Shown one piece after another: positions 52,058-63,120 of a stretch of DNA of 64,000 nucleotides. The position numbers and the translations under genes were made by a program. This DNA comes from an uncultured Bacteroidales bacterium (GTDB taxonomy: Bacteria > Bacteroidota > Bacteroidia > Bacteroidales > VadinHA17): assembly GCA_963741935.1 (NCBI GenBank), contig CAVUJY010000014.1:18039-82038 (forward strand), read 5' to 3'. Each line of letters begins with the position of its first letter. The stretch's first letter is position 1. The notes beneath the pieces are model-generated. The model was given only the letters and a program-made list of their open reading frames with translations, had not been told where the DNA came from and ran no database searches.

Positions 52058-55000
52058 ATGAGGGAATCAGTATTACTTGCATTAATACATATTTTTGCAA
52101 TTGTCTCAACTATCAATCCTTCAGGAATTTCATCACGGGGGAAGAAAATTCTTCGCAGTTATCTCAGGAGATATCTTAACAGGGAACTTGAGGAAGAGTA
52201 TTATTCTCTCTTTGAAAATAATCTGGAGTTCTATTCAAATGAACTCAAAAGTGTGGACAAGGCTGAACTTGTCCGATGAGGATTCTCTTATTTCATTCCA
52301 GATAACCAATATTTGCCGGCAGATTAAAAAAGGGTTGTTCCTTGAAGAAAGGATGATAGTCTTTCTTCAGCTTATTGAGTTTGCATTTGAGGATGGAATG
52401 ATATCCGAACAGGAGAAGACTATTATTGATATTGTTTCCAGGACATTTCAGATCTCGAAAAAAGAGTATACAAATGCCATTGCCTTCATGATTGGCAGAT
52501 CATATGATGAAGTTACCCCCGATTGTATTCTTATAATTGAAAGTGATAACCCGAATTTTTCAGGAGCCGGCATTTATAAGAACTACGATAAGTGGAGACA
52601 TATCAGGACCAAAGGATTTAAAGGTCATCTGGTGGTAATGCACATTGAGAGTACTGGTACTCTTCTGTTCTCCTACGATGGCCCTCAGGTTCTCTATTTT
52701 AAAGGAAGAGACATAATTGCATGTCGGCCTTATCTCCTCGACCGCGGAGTAAATATCAAGGGCCAGGGAATTGATCCGATATATTATTCAAAAATTTTTA
52801 AGAAGTTTGTTTCAAGAAAATTTCCTGAAAAAATAGTATTTGAGGGTCACGACATTGAATATCTTTTCAAGAATACCGAAAATGGCATTCAAAAGATGAG
52901 TTTCAAGGTAGAGTCGGGCAACCTTATCGGTATTATGGGTGGCAGTGGTGTCGGCAAGACAACATTGTTCAATCTGTTGCATGGCAAAATCACCCCTACC
53001 TCCGGGAATATTTATATTAACGGTTATGATATAAATTCTGATTCGGAAGAACTGAAGGGACTTATAGGCTTTGTACCTCAGGACGATATGCTTATTGAAG
53101 AGCTTACAGTATATCAGAATCTTTATTTTAATGCAAGGTTATGCTTTGGCGATTATAACGAGGAGATGCTTAAGAATGTCGTTGATAAGGTGCTGCATGA
53201 TCTTGATCTTTACGATATTAAAGACCTTCAGGTAGGGGATACGCTGAATAAAAAAGTCAGCGGAGGACAGAGAAAAAGACTTAATATCGGTCTCGAGCTT
53301 ATGCGTGAGCCGGTTGTTCTTTTTGTTGATGAGCCGACTTCGGGATTATCTTCATTTGACTCTGAGAAAGTCATGAGTCTGCTTAGAAACCAATCGTTAA
53401 GCGGGAAACTTGTGTTCGCTATTATACATCAGCCTTCATCTGACATCATTAAGATGTTTGACAGATTGTGGCTCCTTGACAAAGGAGGCTATATGATATA
53501 TGATGGAGATCCGGTTGAAGCCCTTGTATATTTCAAAACAGAAACATCACAGGCAAACGCTGCTGAGAGTGAATGTCCCAACTGCGGTAATGTTGAAACG
53601 GATAATATACTGCATATCATTGAGGTAAAAGTCATTGACAATGATGGCTATCCGGGCAAAGAGCGACAGATAAGTCCGAAGGAATGGTACGAAAAATACA
53701 GGAAGAAGATGATGCCTGTTTTGGTCGAAAAACAGCCTAAATCAGCAATTCCTCCCAGTAATTTCAGGGTTCCTAAGAAATCAGATCAGATAAGAACATT
53801 CATTAAGAGAAACCTTACCAGAAAGCTTGCCGATCATCAGTATATGATTATAAATCTGGTTGAAGCACCTCTTCTTGCTTTTATACTTGGTTATATATCG
53901 AAATACAGTGAGAATGGTAAATATATTTTCGCTGATAATAAGAATTATCCTGTTTTTCTTTTTATGGCAATTATCGTTGCGCTTTTTATTGGGCTTACGG
54001 TAAGTGCTGAGGAGATTTTCAGAGACAGAAAGATACTTGAACGAGAGAAATTTCTTGATCTGAGCCGGTCGAGTTACCTTATTTCTAAAATTAATTTCCT
54101 GTTTACTTTATCGGCTATTCAATCACTGACATTTGTGGTGGTAGCGAACCTTATCCTTAAGGTCCCCGGAATGCTTTTTCAGCAATGGGCAATTTTGTTT
54201 GCAACAGCATGTTTTGGGAATATGCTGGGATTAAATATTTCAGCAGGAATGCGGACAGCGGTTAGCATTTATATTCTAATCCCACTTATTCTGGTACCAC
54301 AGCTTCTTCTGGGTGGGGCAATGATTAAGTTTGATGATCTTCACAAATCGATCAGCAATAAAATATATGTTCCGGCATTAGGCGATCTGATGGTTACACG
54401 CTGGGCATATGAAGCCATCTGTGTAGAGCAGTTCAAGACTAATAAGTTTGAAAAGCCTTTCTTTAAATATGATATGGAAGTAAGCCAGAATGACTGGTAT
54501 GCTTCATTCCTGATCCCGTCACTTAAAGTTACTGTTGACAAGTGCATTGTTGCAGGAAAAGATCCGGAATATAAGGAGTCAACCATTCAGAATTTCGAAA
54601 AATTGAATTATCATATAAATGAACTTGCCAATATAACAGGTATTAAGCCCGGGAAATGGTTCAGCAGTCTCGATTACGGTAAAATGAATGACCATGTTGC
54701 TAATGAAACAAAAACCTATCTCGACAGCCTCAGAGGTTCACTAAGAGATGAGGGCCGAAAGATTTCATATGAAAGGGATTCATTATATAAGACCATAGTT
54801 AATAAAATGGGGGAAGCTAATTTCATGAAGTTACAGGAGAATAACTATAATACAAGTCTTGCCGACTTTGTGCTTAACAGGCTGACAACAAATAAGATTT
54901 ATGATGCGGGGGATGAATTCATTCAGAAAGCAGATCCTATTTTCATGAAACCCGGATCCAGAATAGGAAGGGCCCATTTCTTTGCCCCCTATAAGCAATT

Positions 55001-55172
55001 GGGTAATCTGAAGATCGAGACTATGCTGTTCAATCTTATTGTTATCTGGTTAATGATAATTGTCTTGTTTGTTACCTTGTATTTTAATCTTCTTAAGCGG
55101 TTTATTGAGTTGCTTGAGTCATTGAAACTGCCCATATTACGAAAGTTTGGGAGAGACCTTTTACAGATATAG
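52058..55172 (+). CDS. large ABC transporter: TerB-like N-domain, ABC ATPase and ABC-2/ABCG-type permease; one frameshift as assembled
   Basis: Walker A GGSGVGKTT, signature VSGGQRKRL, Walker B LFVDEPTSGLS, and C-terminal multi-TM ABC-2-like permease. N-terminal ...EFAFEDGMISEQEKTIIDIVSRTFQISKKEY is TerB-like. Frame break at about 52270. Confidence 0.8.
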
Positions 55173-55177
55173 AAAAT

Positions 55178-55954
55178 ATGGGTTATGTACATCCTAAAAA
55201 AAGTCTTGGACAGCATTTCCTGAAAGATACAGGTATTGCCCACAGAATAGCTTCATCACTTACAGGTGAAGGCTACGGAACCGTTTTGGAGATTGGTCCG
55301 GGTATGGGTATCCTGACTTCGTTTCTGATTGATAGAAATTTTCCGGATTTCAGGGTAATAGAGATTGATAATGAATCAATTCATTATCTTAAATCGCACT
55401 TTCCTGATCTGAAAAACATAATAACCGGTGATTTTCTTACACTGGACATTGAATCATTATTTGAGGAAAAGATGGCTGTGATTGGTAATTTTCCATACAA
55501 CATATCGACACAGATACTGTTTAAGGTGCTGAAGCACAGGGATAAAGTTATTGAGGTTGCAGGCATGCTTCAGAAAGAAGTAGCTGAAAGGATTTGTGCC
55601 GGTCCGGGTTCAAGGACCTACGGTATCATGAGTGTTCTGCTCCAGGCATTTTACAAAGTGGAGTATCTGTTTACTGTATCCGAAAATGTATTTTCTCCTC
55701 CACCAAAAGTTAAATCAGGTGTGATCAGGCTGATCAGAAATGATGTAAAGAACCTTGAATGCGATGAGGCTATGTTTATCAGAGTAGTGAAAGCCTGTTT
55801 TAATCAGAGAAGAAAAATGCTTAGAAACTCAGTAAAATCGGCATTTGAATTAAAAAATGAGGATTATCCGGAATTTGGGTTAAGGCCCGAGCAACTATCT
55901 GTTAATCAGTTTGTTAATCTGACTCAGTGGATAGAAAAGAATATGGTAAGATAG
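55178..55954 (+). CDS. rsmA: 16S rRNA (adenine1518/1519-N6)-dimethyltransferase
   Basis: Intact 258-aa ORF with KKSLGQHFL, EIGPGMG and NFPYNIST motifs. Confidence 0.93.
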   Translation: MGYVHPKKSLGQHFLKDTGIAHRIASSLTGEGYGTVLEIGPGMGILTSFLIDRNFPDFRVIEIDNESIHYLKSHFPDLKNIITGDFLTLDIESLFEEKMAVIGNFPYNISTQILFKVLKHRDKVIEVAGMLQKEVAERICAGPGSRTYGIMSVLLQAFYKVEYLFTVSENVFSPPPKVKSGVIRLIRNDVKNLECDEAMFIRVVKACFNQRRKMLRNSVKSAFELKNEDYPEFGLRPEQLSVNQFVNLTQWIEKNMVR

Positions 55955-55955
55955 A

Positions 55956-57205
55956 TCAGAATGAGAAACCAATAGCTTCTACAGGATTCATTTTGGCTGC
56001 TGAATTAGCAGGAGCATAGCCGGCAACAATACCAATAGTACCTGAAATGAACATTGCTAATACCATGTTACCTACTGTAAGGTACATATTCAGTTCATAA
56101 AGATAATTAATGACCAGTGTACCAAGAAATATCATCAGGATACCAAGCAGGCCACCAATTAAGGAGAGTACAACTGATTCAACAAGAAACTGCTGAAGGA
56201 TAAAAAATTTTTTTGCTCCCAGAGCTTTCTGGATACCTATAATATTGGTCCTTTCCCTTACAGAGACAAACATGATGTTTGCAATCCCGAAACCGCCAAC
56301 AAGAATAGCAAAACCACCTATAACCCATCCACCGATATTAATTGCAGCGAAAATAGAATCAAGACCCTGTGAAAGCATGCTGGCTCTGTTAACAGAGAAA
56401 TTTGAAATTTCGGCAGGTTGCAATCTTCTGGCAGCCCTCAGGATCATTGTTGTTTCGTCACTCAGATCCTGAATTGCAACTCCTGGTTTTGCTTTGATCA
56501 TTAACTGCGAATTAATAAATCTGTTACGTATATTAATAAAGTTTCTGCCAAAATTCAGGGGTATTATCAACGTATGTCATCCATACCACTGTCACTGATT
56601 CCTCCTTTTCCCTCCTTTTTAAATACCCCGATTACTTCAGTCCTGAAGCCGGCAATATATATCTGTTGGCCAATAGGATTGGCTTTTCCAAACAATTTTT
56701 CAGCAAGAACAGCTCCGAGTATTGCTACATTTTTTCCCGAGGAAGCTTCAAATGGAGAAAAATACCGGCCGCTACCCATTTCAAAGGATCTGACATCCTG
56801 AAACTCAATTGTGACGGCAGCAACACCAACGTCATTGGCAATATTTTTTTTATACTTGACCTTTTCACCCTGAGATATCAGAAAAGCGGCTGATTCAGCC
56901 TTGGTTGATTTTTTCAATATAGCCTGATAATCATTGTCCGAAACCGGAGGCCATTTGATGATATCCCACCATGGCAGATCGTTGCTAAATGTCCATGGAA
57001 ATTTCTGAACATAAATTACATTATTTCCCAGAGAAGAGACACTTTCGCGGATCGATTTTTCCATCCAGTCGAGTACAGTAAATACCGATATTATTGAAAA
57101 AATACCTATCGTTATGCCGAACAGTGAAAGGAATGTTCTTAACTTATTAACAAAGATAGAGTTAATAGCAAAGATAAATCCTTCTTTAAAAAGCTTGAAA
57201 AACAT
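55956..57205 (-). CDS. FtsX/MacB-type ABC transporter permease; one frameshift as assembled
   Basis: N-terminal TM segment, periplasmic MacB-like domain and C-terminal FtsX domain (RERTNIIGIQKALGA). Fragments 56567-57205 and 55956-56570. No adjacent ATPase gene. Confidence 0.82.
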
Positions 57206-57360
57206 TTTAATGCATTGATATATTACAATTGAGCGTCAAATATACGAAAATGATTTAATGTATATAATCATATATTATAATGTATTGAGGTTTAATAAAA
57301 AAATATCTATTTTTAACCGCCTTAATGGGGCTTCCTTCGACAATCGTAAATATCAAATAA

Positions 57361-58883
57361 TGAGTGACAAAAGAATACACAGTGCACTAATTTCAGTTTT
57401 CTATAAGGACGGATTAGCCGATATAGTAAGATTGCTTCATAAACTTGATGTGAAAATTTACTCCACCGGAGGTACTTTCTCCTTTATTAATGAGCTTGGG
57501 ATACCTGCTGTGAAAGTTGAAGATCTTACATCTTATCCTTCAATACTGGGTGGTAGGGTGAAAACTCTTCATCCTTCAGTATTCGGTGGTATTCTGGCCA
57601 GACGTGATAATGAAGGTGACCTTGAACAACTTGAAAAGTATAAGATACCAGAAATCGATCTTGTAATAGTTGATCTTTATCCTTTTGAAGAGACTGTAAA
57701 GCAGGTGGCTGAAGAGGAGGAGATAATAGAAAAAATTGATATTGGAGGCATTTCTCTGATAAGAGCTGCTGCAAAGAATTATAATGATGTGCTTACGGTG
57801 TCGGGGAGAGAGCAGTATAGTGATTTATTAGCTCTTCTGGATGAGAAGAAAGGTTCATCATCACTGGCCGACAGAAGACTGTTTGCGGCAAAAGCATTTC
57901 AGACTTCTTCGCACTATGATACTTCAATATTTAATTATTTTAACAGAGAAGAAAACATTCCTGTTTTCAGAGAGCAGTATAAATCAATCATATCCTCTTC
58001 GTTACGGTGAGAATCCGCATCAGAAAGGAATATTTTTTGGTGATCCTGAATTATTGTTTGAAAAACTCATGGGAAAGAGATTTCATACAATAATCTGCTT
58101 GACCTTGATGCTGCTCTTAATCTTATCGATGAGTTTACTACCACTACATTTGTGGTTATAAAGCATAACAATGCCTGTGGTGTTGCTTCACGAAATAATT
58201 CCACTGGATGCCTGGAAGGATGCTCTTGCATGTGATCCTGTATCGGCTTATGGAGGCGTGATTGTAACAAATGTTACAATTGATGAAGAGACAGCACAGG
58301 AAATCGACAAGATATTTTTCGAAATAATAATTGCTCCTGATTTTACTGATTCAGCCCTTGAAATATTGAAACAAAAAAAGAACAGGATAATATTACTGAG
58401 AAAAGCAGCGTTAGGAAATGATTCAGGATTCCGTTCTTTGCTAAATGGTGTACTATGGCAACAGAAAGATAAAAGTACAGAGTCGGGTAAGGATATGAGG
58501 CCTGTTACCAAGAGGGCTCCTCTTCAGGCTGAAATTGATGACATGGTGTTTGCCAACATAATTGTAAAACACAGCAAATCAAATGCAATTGTGCTGGCAA
58601 AGAATAATCAGCTGTGTGCCAGTGGTATCGGGCAGACATCGAGGGTGGATGCTTTGAAACAGGCAATTGAAAAGGCACATCTCTTTGGCTTTGACCTGAA
58701 GGGTTCTGTTATGGCGTCTGATGCATTTTTCCCTTTTGCCGACAGCGTGGAAATTGCTCATAAAGCAGGCATTACAGCAATAGTCCAGCCCGGAGGATCA
58801 GTAAGGGATCAGGACTCAATTAATTTTGTTATTCAAATGGAATTGCAATGGTGTTTACTGGTATCAGGCATTTTAAACATTGA
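57361..58883 (+). CDS. purH: bifunctional AICAR transformylase / IMP cyclohydrolase; about 3 frameshifts as assembled
   Basis: [19 protein letters not shown]..., [26 protein letters not shown], and C-terminal ...VQPGGSVRD...[14 protein letters not shown] after frame correction. Confidence 0.93.
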
Positions 58884-58910
58884 TAACTAAATTATTTATC
58901 TCTTAATATA

Positions 58911-59933
58911 ATGGGACTATTTTCATTTTTAACACAGGAGATTGCAATTGATCTCGGTACAGCAAATACAATAATCATTCATAATGATAAAGTAGTTGTT
59001 GACGAACCATCGATAGTTGCTATCGATAAAACTACAGGTAAACTTATTGCAATAGGGGAGCAAGCCAGGCAGATGCATGGCAAGACACATGAAAATATTA
59101 AAACTATCAGGCCTTTGCGTGATGGTGTGATTGCAGATTTCAATGCTGCAGAGCTTATGATAAGGGGCATGATCAAAATGATTAATAAGGGACCACGGCT
59201 TTTTGCCCCATCACTCAAAATGGTTGTATGTATACCTTCGGGCAGCACAGAAGTAGAAATAAGGGCAGTTCGGGATTCATCGGAGCATGCCGGAGGAAGG
59301 GATGTTTACATGATATATGAACCTATGGCTGCTGCTATTGGTATTGGACTTGATGTAGAGGCTCCGGAAGGCTGTATGGTTGTTGATATTGGTGGAGGCA
59401 CCACTGAAATTGCTGTAATTGCTCTTGGAGGTATTGTTTGTAATAAATCAATCCGAATTGCTGGTGATGGATTTACTGCTGATATTCAGGCATATATGCG
59501 TCATCAGCATAATATCAAAATTGGTGAACGTACTGCTGAGGATATTAAAATCGGAGTTGGAGCCGCGCTTCCTGACATTGATAATCCTCCCGCTGATTTT
59601 GTTGTCAGAGGCCCTAATATCATGACGGCACTGCCTATTGAAATACCAATATCATATCAGGAAATAGCTTATTGTCTCGATAAATCATTATCAAAAGTTG
59701 AGGCAGCTCTGCTAAGCGTTCTTGAGCAAACACCTCCTGAATTATATGCCGATATCGTTAATAAAGGGATATACCTTGCCGGGGGAGGTGCTTTACTAAG
59801 AGGACTTGACAGACGATTGTCTGATAAGATAAATATTAATTTTAATGTTGTTGAAGACCCTCTTCATGCTGTAGCAAGAGGAACAGGGGTTGCTTTAAAA
59901 AATGTTGATAAGTTTCAGTTCCTAATGAGATAA
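58911..59933 (+). CDS. mreB: rod shape-determining protein MreB
   Basis: Intact 340-aa ORF with actin-fold motifs (IDLGTANT, DIGGGTTE, LAGGGALLRGLD). Confidence 0.95.
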   Translation: MGLFSFLTQEIAIDLGTANTIIIHNDKVVVDEPSIVAIDKTTGKLIAIGEQARQMHGKTHENIKTIRPLRDGVIADFNAAELMIRGMIKMINKGPRLFAPSLKMVVCIPSGSTEVEIRAVRDSSEHAGGRDVYMIYEPMAAAIGIGLDVEAPEGCMVVDIGGGTTEIAVIALGGIVCNKSIRIAGDGFTADIQAYMRHQHNIKIGERTAEDIKIGVGAALPDIDNPPADFVVRGPNIMTALPIEIPISYQEIAYCLDKSLSKVEAALLSVLEQTPPELYADIVNKGIYLAGGGALLRGLDRRLSDKININFNVVEDPLHAVARGTGVALKNVDKFQFLMR

Positions 59934-59946
59934 TTCAAAGGGGTGA

Positions 59947-60768
59947 ATGAGGAATCTGCTGAATTTTCTGGCCAGATACAATAATTTAATAATCTTTCTA
60001 ATTCTCGAAGGAGTAGCTGTATATATGCTCGCCAACGGGAATAGTTATCATAATACCAGAATCCTTAATGGCATCAGAGACCTTACCCAGGCTATTGAAA
60101 CCAAAATAAATAACACTTCAAATTATTTAAATCTTCGTGAAATAAATACTTCCCTGGCTGCTGAGAACGTTGCACTGAGAAATAGATTAGAGAAACTGGA
60201 GAACAAAAACGATTCACTTTTTTTTTCTGTTTCCGATTCAGTTTATAATCAGCAATACCAATATACGTCGGCAGAGGTTATCAGTAACTCAGTTAACAAG
60301 CAGAAGAATTTTTTTACCATAAATAAAGGCGAAAGGCAGGGCATAAAGGTTGATATGGCTGTAACTTCCGATAATAGCGTTGCCGGGGTAATAGTAGGAT
60401 GCTCCGAAAATTATTCAGTTGCAATGTCGCTTATCAATCTTGACTTTAAGTTAAGTGCCAGATTGAAATCAAATGGTTATTTTGGGTCCTTAAACTGGGA
60501 TGGAAAAGATTACCGGAAAGCCATACTGAATGAAATACCCCAGCATGTATCTGTAAACGTTGGAGATACTATTGAAACTACAAGCTATTCAGCTATATTT
60601 CCTGAAGGCGTGATGATAGGAATTGTAAGTGAATTTGAAAAAGTGGGGGGTGACTTTTATAAAATAACTATTACTCTGAATACCGATTTTAAGAAACTTC
60701 ATTTTGTAGATGTTATCGGTAATATCAGAAAGGATGAACAGCTTGAACTTGAAAAAGAAATTGAATGA
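59947..60768 (+). CDS. mreC: rod shape-determining protein MreC
   Basis: Intact 273-aa ORF with an N-terminal TM segment, a coiled coil (AENVALRNRLEKLE) and a beta-barrel domain. Position between mreB and mreD. Confidence 0.85.
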   Translation: MRNLLNFLARYNNLIIFLILEGVAVYMLANGNSYHNTRILNGIRDLTQAIETKINNTSNYLNLREINTSLAAENVALRNRLEKLENKNDSLFFSVSDSVYNQQYQYTSAEVISNSVNKQKNFFTINKGERQGIKVDMAVTSDNSVAGVIVGCSENYSVAMSLINLDFKLSARLKSNGYFGSLNWDGKDYRKAILNEIPQHVSVNVGDTIETTSYSAIFPEGVMIGIVSEFEKVGGDFYKITITLNTDFKKLHFVDVIGNIRKDEQLELEKEIE

Positions 60769-61271
60769 TTAACTCTGTCTTACGGTTTAGTCTGATATTT
60801 ATCTTACTTATCCTTGTCCAGGTATTGTTATTTAACAATATTCAGTTCAGTGGATATGTAAATCCGTATGTGTATATAATGTTTATCCTTCTTTTACCTG
60901 TTGAAATACCTTCATGGTTATTACTTCTCCTGTCTTTTATGACAGGTTTTGTAATGGACATTTTTTCAGGAACTCCGGGTATGCACACTGCAGCCACGGT
61001 ACTGGCCGGTTTCTCACGTCCTTACGTTTTGAGGGTAATAGCTCCCAGAGATGGGTATGATGCCACTTCCGATCCTTCCATGATCACCTATGGATTCAAA
61101 TGGTTCTTTAGTTATACCCTGCTGATAGTATTGATTCATCATTTTGCACTTTTCTACCTTGAGGTATTCCGTTTCACAGATTTTTTCAGGACTATGCTCA
61201 GGTTCTTATTAAGTTCAGTATTTTCTATAACTTTTATTCTTCTAATTGAATTTTACAGGAAAGGTAAGTAA
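60765..61271 (+). CDS. mreD: rod shape-determining protein MreD
   Basis: 168-aa polytopic membrane protein. Its start overlaps the mreC stop by 4 nt. Called mainly from conserved operon position. Confidence 0.75.
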   Translation: MINSVLRFSLIFILLILVQVLLFNNIQFSGYVNPYVYIMFILLLPVEIPSWLLLLLSFMTGFVMDIFSGTPGMHTAATVLAGFSRPYVLRVIAPRDGYDATSDPSMITYGFKWFFSYTLLIVLIHHFALFYLEVFRFTDFFRTMLRFLLSSVFSITFILLIEFYRKGK

Positions 61272-61277
61272 CCGGAA

Positions 61278-63120
61278 ATGAAAGATACATTTACTAACAG
61301 GAAATATCTAATAACAGCATTTATCGTGCTTGCATCTCTCATATTGCTTGTAAGGCTTTTTGTCATACAGGTTGTGAAAGATTCGTACAGGTTATCAGCC
61401 GATAATAATGTTCTGAGATATGTTACGCAATATCCTGCCAGAGGACTTATTTACGACAGAAACGGGAAGCTGGTGGTGACCAATCAGGCTGCATATGATC
61501 TTATGGTGGTACCAGCCCAGGTTTCTAAGGATATTGATACGACAGGCTTCTGTAACATACTTGGTATATCAGTTGACTTCTTCAGGGAAAGAATAAAAGC
61601 AGCAGGTAACTATTCAAGACGTGCTCCCTCAGTATTTCTTAAACAGATCTCAAGTGAGACCTATGCTCGCTTTCAGGAGAAGATGTTTACCTATGAAGGC
61701 TTTTATGTTCAGCCGAGGACTCTCCGAAAGTATTCAAAACCGGTTGCTGCACATATTCTGGGGTATGTAAGTGAAGTTGATGAGGGGGTAATTAAGAAAG
61801 ATCCATATTATAAGCCAGGTGACTATATCGGTAAGAGCGGTATCGAGGAAGCTTATGAAAAAGAGTTACGTGGCAAACGTGGCGTGAAAATTTTTCTGGT
61901 TGATGTATGGAGCCGTATAAAAGGCGCATATGAAGACGGCAGGAAGGACACCCTTGCTGTTCAGGGTTCGGATGTTATATCAAGTATGGATCTCGATCTG
62001 CAGGAATATGGTGAGCTGCTGATGAATAATAAACGTGGTAGTATTGTGGCAATTGAGCCGGGAACAGGTGAAGTTCTTACACTTGTCTCTACTCCGAATT
62101 ATGATCCGGGTCTGCTTGTTGGAAGGATAAGGTCAGAAAACTATGTGAAACTACTGACTGATACACTGATGCAGCCATTATTTAACAGGGCTTTAATGGC
62201 TTCATATCCTCCGGGATCCACATTTAAACCTATAAACGGACTGATCGGGCTTCAGGAAGGAGTAATAACCCCAAAGACCGAGTTTGAATGTCATAATGGT
62301 TACCTTTTTGTTGCCTGTCATACTCATGATTCCCCATTGATCCTTAGTGGGAGCAATAAAAAATTCGTGTAACTCATATTTTTGTCAGACATACAGAAAA
62401 GTTCTTGAGAATCCTCATTATAACACAATTGCTGATGCCTATATACAATGGAGGAAATATCTGTCGGAGTTTGGTTTCGGAGAGAAACTGGGTACCGATT
62501 TTGTCAATGAGCTTCCCGGTTTTATACCTAACACCTCCTATTACGACAGGTATTATGGCAAAAACAGATGGAAGGCGCTTACTATTATTTCAATGGCTAT
62601 CGGACAGGGTGAAGTTGGTACAACACCACTTCAGCTGGCAAATATGACTGCAGCAATTGCCAACAGGGGTTTTTACTATACTCCGCATATTGTCAAGGCA
62701 ATTGGTCAGGATCGTACTATAAATGAGAAATTTACAACAAAACACCAGATTGATATCGATACAGCCAATTTCGAGAAGATCATTCTTGGAATGGAGGCTG
62801 CAGTAAACGGAGGAGCAGGAGCAACAGCAACAGTTGCAGCATTGAAAGATATCATCGTATGCGGGAAAACCGGAACTGCTCAAAATCCGCATGGCGAAAA
62901 CCATTCGGTATTTATTGCTTTTGCCCCCAAGGATCATCCTAAAATTGCAATTGCTGTTTTTGTTGAGAATGCGGGTTACGGAGCTACATATGCAGCTCCG
63001 GTTGCCAGTCTGATGATTGAAAAATATCTTAAAGGATCAATAACTAACAAAGCCCTTGAGAAAAGGATTATTGACCTTAACCTTGAAGAAAAATTAAGAG
63101 AGAGTGAAGCGGAGCGTTAA
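61278..63120 (+). CDS. mrdA: penicillin-binding protein 2 (elongasome transpeptidase); one frameshift as assembled
   Basis: PBP dimerisation domain and transpeptidase motifs (STFKP at about 62225, SCNSYF after the frame break at about 62350, KTGTAQ). 614 codons in total. Confidence 0.9.

Noticed and set aside
57206-57360. A possible ZTP (pfl) or purine riboswitch upstream of purH.
   Set aside because: The region is extremely AT-rich. It lacks the conserved GGGTCGTGACTGGCG / CCGCCTGGGC-type cores of ZTP riboswitches and the purine riboswitch junction. Only a weak ACCGCC...GGGGC resemblance exists.
237-63120. Programmed ribosomal frameshifting as an explanation for the split genes.
   Set aside because: The breaks occur at heterogeneous, non-slippery sequences, in many unrelated genes, in both +1 and -1 directions, often several per gene. 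None is in a gene family known to use programmed frameshifting.
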